The notes below the pieces were generated by a model. The model worked only from the letters and a program-made list of their open reading frames with translations. It did not search any database and was not told where the DNA came from. Both the position numbers and the translations under genes were made by a program. A stretch of 32,000 nucleotides of DNA from Paramicrosporidium saccamoebae KSL3 (Eukaryota; Fungi; Cryptomycota), in contig MTSL01000063.1 in assembly GCA_002794465.1 (NCBI GenBank), forward strand, positions 12,096 through 44,095. The letters are read 5' to 3'. Below are positions 1 through 6,613 of this stretch, piece by piece (the stretch's first letter is position 1; every line of letters starts with the position of its first letter).

Positions 1-90
1 TTAAAACGGCGACCCATAAAGTCCAAGGCAATCCTCGATCTTGATTTTCCCACAGAAGATGAGGATGACAGCGACTATCGGGAAACTTGA
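1..90 (+). CDS. 3' end of an upstream gene (partial, unidentified)
   Basis: Frame 1 is open from base 1 and reads LKRRPIKSKAILDLDFPTEDEDDSDYRET, ending at TGA 88-90. The acidic tail is too short to assign. Confidence 0.5.
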   Translation, partial: LKRRPIKSKAILDLDFPTEDEDDSDYRET

Positions 91-173
91 TTAGAGATAG
101 AATTATGTAATATAATCTTAAAGGTAGCTGCAGTCCCATTGCCCCCAATCCAATCTAGCACTGCATGAGAAGC

Positions 174-183
174 TGACCAATCA
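174..183 (+). promoter_or_regulatory. CCAAT box (TGACCAATCA) upstream of the V-ATPase gene
   Basis: Matches the NF-Y/HAP consensus about 150 bp upstream of ATG 336. The same GACCAATC core occurs at 4960-4968 and 5871-5879. Confidence 0.45.
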
Positions 184-335
184 AGTGCGAGGAAGGGTTT
201 TTATCCCCGTTGCCGGGAGGTGCCGGGTGGCTCTTTGCAACACTGCAGTGGTGTTTATTGTGGACAGAAGTCGACCCCCAAAGGTCCTGCTGCAAACGCT
301 ATCAAGCCTGCACTAATTGACGAAAGTAGAGTCCC

Positions 336-2879
336 ATGGCTAGTAATATCCCATCAGAGATACCGCCCCTTTCGCGTGACGGTTCGCGCCAGAGCTTCTT
401 TCGCTCTGCGCAAATGTCGTTGATTCAGCTTTATATTCCCACAGAGGCGGTGCAAGCTGTCGTTGCTGAACTTGGCGAGCTGAGTCTCGTTCAGTTCCGC
501 GACTTGAATCCTGATATCACAGCCTTCCAGCGTACCTTCACTTCAGGAATACGCAAGCTTGACGAGATGGAACGCAAAATTCTTGTCCTCCTGGAGCAAG
601 CCAACAAGGAGCAAGTTGAGGTTCGCTCTTGGCTGTCCACGGGACCGTCGCAGAATGGAAGTTTGGTGGCCCTACGAGGAAGGACTCTACAGGAAATTGA
701 TGAGCTAGAGTCTGGACTGGGTGAGACCGAGTCACGAATTCTCCAACTGGACAAGAACCAAACTGAACTTCAAACACGCTACTTGCACATGCTCGAGTGG
801 CATGGAGTGATTTCTGCGCTTTCGGGTTACATGGCAACTCCCTCGGGGCCTTTTAAGAGGAACCCAACATTCAACGATTCTGACGAGACTGACAGCTCCG
901 AGACTGCCCGCTTAGACGACAAGGACACAGAGTCGATGGAGCTTGGAGGAAGTGGCGCGGCGCAAGCTGCGGATGAAGCCAACTTTGTTGCTGGCGCCAT
1001 TTTGAAGAGGAAAATGGCAGCATTTGAGCGTGTCCTTGGTCGTGCTTTGCGTGGAAATGTATACATTAAAAATGCCGACTGCGTCTTGGATCCGCGCGGT
1101 CTTGTCTCTGACGAAGACTTGCTGCAGCCAAAATCGGCCTTTGTGGCCTATGTTCACGGGAGAGAGACTTTGTCGCGACTTCGGAAGATTTGTGAAGCCT
1201 TAGGATGCACTCTCTATAATATTGATCCCTTGGCGGAACGTCGCAATGAGCAAGCCAATGAACTCGTGGCCAAGTTGAATGACATGTACGCTGTGCTATT
1301 CAACACTCGTCAGGCCAAACGTGCTGCTTTGGGCAAGGTCAGCGAGTCGCTTGAGAGGTGGTTGCTTTTGGTGAGAAAGAAGAAGGCTCTCCTTGACACT
1401 ATGAATTGCTTCAGCTGTGACAGTGATGTTGCCACTCGCAAGTATTATGTTGCCGAAGGTTGGTGTCCAACAGACAGCCTTGGAACGCTAGATGCTAGCA
1501 TCAAGACTGCCAGCGAACGGGCTGGAATTAGTGTTGCACCGGTTCTAAATGTTTTGGAGTCGGGAAGCCGCACTCCGCCAACCCATTTCCCCACCAATCG
1601 CTTCACTCTTCTCTTCCAAGACATGACCGAGTCCTATGGGATACCTAGATACGGCGAGGCAAATCCTAGTCTTTTCATGATTATCACCTTCCCGTTCTTG
1701 TTTGCCGTAATGTTTGGTGATATTGGACATGGACTCATCATGGCCCTGTTTGGCGCATGGATGGTGTTGTCTGAACGCCGTCTGCAGGCGCAACGTCTTG
1801 GGGATATCTTTGAGATGATTTTTGCGGGTCGTTATGTTATTATGTTGATGGGAATCTTTTCCGTCTTCACTGGATTAATCTACAATGACTTTTTGTCGCG
1901 CTCACTCCCCCTATTTAAGTCTGCATGGATTTTTGTTGATGGAGAAGGAAAGCGTCCCAATCCAAATTACGTCTATCCGTTCGGAATTGATTGGGCGTGG
2001 TCATTGTCGAGCAATGCAACGGCTTTTATAAACTCGTACAAAATGAAGCTCTCCATCACACTCGGAGTTATTCAGATGATTTTTGGTGTGTTTGTCTGTG
2101 CTGCTAATCGAGTTTATTCCAATGACTGGCTTGACATTTATTGCACCATTATTCCTCAACTGATTTTCATGTTCAGTATTCTTGGTTATCTGGTGTTCAT
2201 GATTATCTACAAGTGGATCGCTGGCTGGGATCATTCCATTCTTAATATGCTCATCTCTTTAATGCTGAGTCTCGGAGCTGTTGACGGCACTCCCATTTAT
2301 CCTGGACAAGCCCTCGTGCAAAGGTCTCTTTTGGGAATTGCATTTCTGTGTGTGCCTTGGATGTTTGCCGCTAAGCCAGTGTACCTGATGATCCAGCAAA
2401 AGAAGCATCGCGAAGGCTATCATCACGCCCCAGAGAATTCTGATTCGACCGGAGCTGAATCGATCTCAAGCACCACCCGCAAGGCTGCTGCTGAAGAGGA
2501 GGGACACGGGAACATGGAGCTTTGGGTTCACCAGGCCATCCATACGATCGAGTTTGTTCTCGGTGCTATCAGTAATACTGCTTCCTATCTACGTCTCTGG
2601 GCGCTTTCGCTAGCCCATTCTGAACTATCCGATGTTCTGTGGCACATGACCATTGAAGCTAATTTGCAAAGCGCTGTGCTTCTCATAGTCTTTTTCCCTA
2701 TTTGGTTTGTTTCTACCATCGGAATTCTTGTTGTCCTTGAAGGTCTGTCAGCATTCCTCCATGCGCTTCGTCTTCATTGGGTTGAATTCAACAGCAAATT
2801 CTATGTAGGCGATGGAATCAAATTCGAGCCCTTCTCACTTCGTAATGACAACTTGTTCTTGGCACTCGAGCCTCAGTAA
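336..2879 (+). CDS. VPH1: V-type H+-ATPase V0 subunit a (Vph1/Stv1 family), intronless, 847 aa
   Basis: N-terminal FFRSAQMSLIQLYIP and FRDLNP motifs, PFLFAVMFGDIGHG, SNTASYLRLWALSLAH (essential Arg), and LHALRLHWVEFNSKFY. Confidence 0.97.
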   Translation: MASNIPSEIPPLSRDGSRQSFFRSAQMSLIQLYIPTEAVQAVVAELGELSLVQFRDLNPDITAFQRTFTSGIRKLDEMERKILVLLEQANKEQVEVRSWLSTGPSQNGSLVALRGRTLQEIDELESGLGETESRILQLDKNQTELQTRYLHMLEWHGVISALSGYMATPSGPFKRNPTFNDSDETDSSETARLDDKDTESMELGGSGAAQAADEANFVAGAILKRKMAAFERVLGRALRGNVYIKNADCVLDPRGLVSDEDLLQPKSAFVAYVHGRETLSRLRKICEALGCTLYNIDPLAERRNEQANELVAKLNDMYAVLFNTRQAKRAALGKVSESLERWLLLVRKKKALLDTMNCFSCDSDVATRKYYVAEGWCPTDSLGTLDASIKTASERAGISVAPVLNVLESGSRTPPTHFPTNRFTLLFQDMTESYGIPRYGEANPSLFMIITFPFLFAVMFGDIGHGLIMALFGAWMVLSERRLQAQRLGDIFEMIFAGRYVIMLMGIFSVFTGLIYNDFLSRSLPLFKSAWIFVDGEGKRPNPNYVYPFGIDWAWSLSSNATAFINSYKMKLSITLGVIQMIFGVFVCAANRVYSNDWLDIYCTIIPQLIFMFSILGYLVFMIIYKWIAGWDHSILNMLISLMLSLGAVDGTPIYPGQALVQRSLLGIAFLCVPWMFAAKPVYLMIQQKKHREGYHHAPENSDSTGAESISSTTRKAAAEEEGHGNMELWVHQAIHTIEFVLGAISNTASYLRLWALSLAHSELSDVLWHMTIEANLQSAVLLIVFFPIWFVSTIGILVVLEGLSAFLHALRLHWVEFNSKFYVGDGIKFEPFSLRNDNLFLALEPQ

Positions 2880-2920
2880 TCACAAGGAAATAAAATAGAG
2901 ATATTCGAAAGTCTTCAGAT

Positions 2921-3122
2921 CTAATTTCCAGTACATTTTATCAAGTCTCAATATTTTCCGTCAAGTCCCAGTATCTCCTATAGAATCCCACTATTTTCTG
3001 CCAAATCCCAGCATTTTCTATCAAGTCTCAATATTCTCTATCAAATCCCAACATTTTCTATCAAATCCTAATATTTTCTCTATCAAGTCTCAATATTTTC
3101 TATCAAGCCCCAATACTTGCTC
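2921..3122. repeat. Imperfect 20-bp tandem minisatellite, about 10 units
   Basis: Consensus is about TCAARTCYCARYATTTTCTA. Units start at 2921, 2941, 2961, 2981, 3001, 3021, 3041, 3061 (22 nt), 3083 and 3103. It overlaps the cyclin stop codon. Confidence 0.9.
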
Positions 3123-3826
3123 TGCTGCGGTTGGGTCACCTGAAGTCGCCAATCGAGCAACACTACTAGCTCTAATTCAAGTGCATTCAACTCAGAGGTG
3201 GAGATTCCACCGACTTTGGCATAAAATGAATTTGAATAGTAATGGTCTCCTAGAGCCTTGCTGGCGACACAAAGGCTAGCCATGACGAATCTGTGAATCG
3301 TATATACATCTATGATGAGCAGTGTTTTGACGTTGCTGCTCGTGCTAGGGAAATCATCCTCCGAAACTGGATCCACCACATGAGCATACTGTAAGACGGC
3401 TAAAAGCATCACAGGCTCCAGTGCAACCACGTAATTGCATATTCGAGTCATATAATCCAGAATGGATATGGCAGGAATATTTTTTCTTCGAAATCTCGAT
3501 TTCCCCTTAAGCTCCTCGTGTTCGTCTTGATACGTCCGGAGTCTGTGGACAAAGACATCTTGGATGTACTTTGTAAATTTATCTACCATTGTCGCAACGC
3601 GTCCAACGAGTAATATTGGGTACGGTGGATGCTGTAATGGGCAGCTGCGACGCCATTCGGAGTCGGCAATGTATCCGCCATTCACAGTTAAATCTTTGGT
3701 TTTTAAGCGTCTGGCTTGTGGGCTGTCAGGCTCGCTCGGTCGTTTTACACCCAGGGATGAAGAGCTGAGAGCAGGTGAGCTGGTGGCGGATGCTCGCCCC
3801 AAACCCTCAAATGGGTCTTTGGGCAT
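3083..3826 (-). CDS. Pho80/Pcl-family cyclin
   Basis: IPAISILDYMTRI, TIHRFVMASLCVASK, DHYYSNSFYAKVGGISTSELNALELE and LLDWRL motifs. The first ATG is at 3826; the ORF-track start at 3859 is TTG. Confidence 0.88.
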   Translation of the reverse strand: MPKDPFEGLGRASATSSPALSSSSLGVKRPSEPDSPQARRLKTKDLTVNGGYIADSEWRRSCPLQHPPYPILLVGRVATMVDKFTKYIQDVFVHRLRTYQDEHEELKGKSRFRRKNIPAISILDYMTRICNYVVALEPVMLLAVLQYAHVVDPVSEDDFPSTSSNVKTLLIIDVYTIHRFVMASLCVASKALGDHYYSNSFYAKVGGISTSELNALELELVVLLDWRLQVTQPQQSKYWGLIENIET

Positions 3827-3877
3827 TACGCGCGCAACGTGCGGGTCGAAAACCCACAATTATTTATTTATTGATTT

Positions 3878-4944
3878 TCACTCTTGGGATGGCATTGGCG
3901 TTGCCTGTTCGCGGAGATGCTTTGCAAGACTTTCGTGATCTAGCCCAAAAAATGTCTCTGGAAAAGGAAAGTCGGAATTAAGCTTCTCTATCAAGTCACT
4001 GCGAAATCGATCTCGGAAACGAGCCCAAAGACTAGAGAGGTCGCTATCCGATTCTAGAAGCTGGACGGTTTCGGAAGTCTGTACATCAGATTCTCCCTCA
4101 TCTACGCTAGCTGCTGGGTTACCTTCCACAGAAATTTCAAACTAACCATTAGAGCATCAGAAGAGCATGTTACCAAAGGATTCTGGTCCCTTTTCTTAAT
4201 GAGACAATGATAAAATACTCTTTTGGGACGTTCTAGAGACGCCTCAGTGTCAAATGCAAAATACTTGTGCTTGCTGTGGAATCCAACGGGATAAAGATAA
4301 GATTTCTGTCGAAAATTTGGTCCGTCCTCCACTTCACCAACATTTAAGAGGATTGTGCGGTAAACCCCTCGACCCAAAATTACCGGATACTCAATCTGCC
4401 CATCATCCCTTACAGGAAGATGCCTGTAGTTACGTCGTGGTTTGGCTGCAGATTTCCGTTCGGGAGAAAGACTGCGGCGTCTCTGCATCGAATTTGCCTG
4501 TACCATCTGCTGACACCTTTCCTTCAATTCTCTGACGACCAGTTCCTCGTGGAGATTCTGGGCCTCCTCCTCGTCGTCGTCAGAGGCGTCAAGCCAAGTA
4601 TACTCGTGTTCAGATAGCCTAAGTGTGTCATACTCAATATACGAATATCCTACGATTCCAAATCGGATAATAGGCTGTCTTCAGGGCACATTTCAGATAG
4701 AAAATCCAGAATACGGCTACCAAATGAATTGTACGTCAAAATCACATACTGGATTTCTTTCTGCAAAATTCGGCCTTCGCGATTACTAGTCTCAATAGCA
4801 GATAAAAGCCGGCATTTCTCCTAAATACCGTAAAAACCATGTAATACTTGGTGGTACCATGCATAGCTGCGAAAAGTGGTGCTGCAGCGCCAACTCCTCC
4901 TCAGAAGCTGCCGTGCTATAAGAATGGCCATAGACAGGCAGCAT
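3878..4944 (-). CDS. FYRN/FYRC-domain protein (TBRG1/NIAM-like), 5 exons
   Basis: Removing GT-AG introns 4821-4857, 4717-4749, 4619-4653 and 4142-4173 gives one continuous frame from ATG 4944. It contains FYRN-like YLYPVGFHSKHKY...FYHCLI and FYRC-like SLWARF...ETFFGLDHESLAKHL. Confidence 0.8.
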
Positions 4945-4959
4945 TTGTGCGTCGATTTC

Positions 4960-4968
4960 GATTGGTCA
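4960..4968 (-). promoter_or_regulatory. CCAAT box in the 75-bp divergent TBRG1-like/SERF promoter
   Basis: GATTGGTCA (reverse complement TGACCAATC) lies between ATG 4944 (-) and ATG 5020 (+). Confidence 0.5.
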
Positions 4969-5019
4969 ATAAATATTAAATATCCGTTTAATTCTTGATT
5001 CCTTGCTCCTCCACCAAAA

Positions 5020-5258
5020 ATGACTCGCGGAAATCAAAGAGAAATGGACCGCGCTAAAAATGCCAAGAAGCAAGCCGGCCAAAAAAAGGAGCGGGACACT
5101 CCCGAGGGTTCGTCGGTTCAAAATGTCAAGTTACAGTATGCAAGATATATTTTCCATGGTCTTAACCTGTTAGCGATGCTGAAATAATGAGGAGGAAGCA
5201 AGTAGAAGCAGAGGCCCGCAAGGCGTCAGCACCCTCCACCGCCAAAGACAAAAAGTGA
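5020..5258 (+). CDS. SERF: SERF/4F5 family small EDRK-rich factor, 66 aa, 2 exons
   Basis: MTRGNQREMDRAKNAKK...DAEIMRRKQ signature, intron 5136-5173 (GTATGC...TTAAC...TAG), TGA stop, and AATAAA at 5266-5271. Confidence 0.92.
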
Positions 5259-5285
5259 GGTTTGCAATAAAGTGTTTTTATCAAG

Positions 5286-5340
5286 CGCCGTGTCAACCAT
5301 TCAACTTCCATTGGGCTTTGATTGAATAGCATCATAGGCG
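5286..5340 (-). promoter_or_regulatory. SECIS element in the selenoprotein H 3' UTR
   Basis: The minus strand reads CGCC-UA-UGAU-GCUAUUCAAUC-AAA-GCCCAAUGGAAG-UUGAAUGGU-UGAC-AC-GGCG. This gives helix I (CGCC/GGCG), an AUGA...GA core, a 9-bp helix II (GCUAUUCAA/UUGAAUGGU) and an apical AAA at canonical spacing. Confidence 0.88.
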
Positions 5341-5365
5341 TTCTAATAATACGTAAAACGACGTG

Positions 5366-5840
5366 CTATTTCGTCGATAGCCTCTCTCGTAGAGATTTGA
5401 GGATCGTCTCGGAATCAGGGAACTTGAGTCGGCGAGGAGGTCCCAATTTTAAACCAGTCCACAATAGCACTGACTCGTCTACCTGGTGAGAAGCGGAACC
5501 CAATAAATACTTGCACTGGACTCTAAGACAATCTCAAAGCTGCCGCGGCGAGGAGTTGAGAGGTTAGTTTGTACACCAATGTCTGGAAACTCTGCCTTGA
5601 CTGCGTCCTCGATTCGAGAGGCATTTCGACGAAATACTTGTCATGATTTACTACGACGTGAGTGAGCAACGCGATCCTACCAATGTTCAATTGCAAGACG
5701 AGGATAGGACTCGAGAGTATCTTGAACCTTTTCCTGCCTGCTGACTTTTGCTGTAGCAGCGGGACTCTTATCGTCGGGAGCTTTACGCTTTCTAATGATA
5801 TGATTAGAAGCAGTAACTACTGTTTAAACCTCGCCGGCAT
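5366..5840 (-). CDS. SELENOH: Selenoprotein H (thioredoxin-like fold, CxxU), 124 aa, 4 exons, Sec encoded by TGA 5641-5643
   Basis: Exons 5840-5830, 5791-5681, 5650-5511 and 5478-5366 give MPARKRKA...LAIEHCKSUQVFRRNA...PRRGSFEIVL...LLWTGLKLGPPRRLKFPD. These match the SelH hallmarks IEHCxxU, PRRGSFE and LWTGxKxGPPRxLKFP. A SECIS lies downstream. Confidence 0.93.
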
Positions 5841-5870
5841 TCCGTGTGAAAGCTATTTGCTGTCCGCGAT

Positions 5871-5879
5871 AGACCAATC
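5871..5879 (+). promoter_or_regulatory. CCAAT box upstream of SELENOH
   Basis: AGACCAATC lies 31 bp upstream of ATG 5840. Confidence 0.4.
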
Positions 5880-6075
5880 CGCTACGTCTGGGTTCAGCAA
5901 TCCTAGTCAAAGTACTTATATCCTAACAGGATGTGACGCAATTGATTACAGCCAAGAAAATAACAAATAAGCCAGCCCTCCTCATTAAGAGCTTCGACAA
6001 GCTGGGTGTTGAGGCATCATGTCACAGTCGCTGCCAATATGCAGTTTAGTATAAGGATGAGTGTATTAAAGTCCC

Positions 6076-6529
6076 TTAAATTTCATCAATATCTTCTTCG
6101 TCAAACTCGAACTGAATATCTGCATTTTCGGGATTCGCGTCAGTCTCATTAATAACAGCTGTCTCGGGGATTTCACCGAGGGATTTGAGACTTCGGGCTT
6201 CGTCGGCATTGTATTTCAAAATGATATCGCCACGGCCTTCTTGGAAATCACGCAAGGAAAGGAGGATAACATCTCCAACGTTCATCCAAACCTTCTTCCT
6301 AAGCTTTCCACGAATATGCCCAATACGCTTTACACCGTCAAAGCAGGTGACTTCAAGATGGCCGTGCCCAAGCATTTTGGTGATCTGTCCGTACTCTTGT
6401 CCGAACTCTTTAAAAACTAGCTCGCGCTTTCCTCCGTCGGCCTCATTCTTTCCGCGCCGTCTGTTTTTTCCTCCCTTTCCTAGCACGTTAATCTACACAG
6501 GTCTGGAGGTTACCCTTATTTTTCGGCAT
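6076..6529 (-). CDS. EIF1A: Translation initiation factor eIF1A, 2 exons
   Basis: ATG CCG AAA AAT AAG G plus intron 6480-6513 gives [17 protein letters not shown]. Also [11 protein letters not shown] and an acidic C-terminal tail. Confidence 0.96.
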
Positions 6530-6613
6530 AGAACTCTTCTTGGCCCTGGCAAGCCTCCTCGAGCGTTTCAACAAAACCACTAAAGTAGGCTAATAATTAA
6601 ATTGTCCGGCGCC

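Noticed and set aside
2921-3122. Repeat arrays as CRISPR
   Set aside because: Eukaryotic context, contiguous degenerate units without unique spacers, and no cas genes.
3984-3997. 14-nt match (TTCTCTATCAAGTC) between the TBRG1-like CDS and the 20-bp minisatellite
   Set aside because: It encodes ordinary residues (DLIEK) in AT-rich sequence and there is no further similarity, so it is probably chance.
5662-5970. 102-aa plus-strand ORF from the ORF track
   Set aside because: Non-ATG start, antisense to SelH exons 1-2, and no recognisable motifs.
5960-6030. Possible structured ncRNA or second SECIS in the eIF1A 3' region (AGCTT-CGAC-AAGCT hairpin; ATGA followed by CCTCA/TGAGG)
   Set aside because: No complete SECIS core or AA spacing, no complete C/D or H/ACA boxes, and eIF1A has no in-frame TGA.
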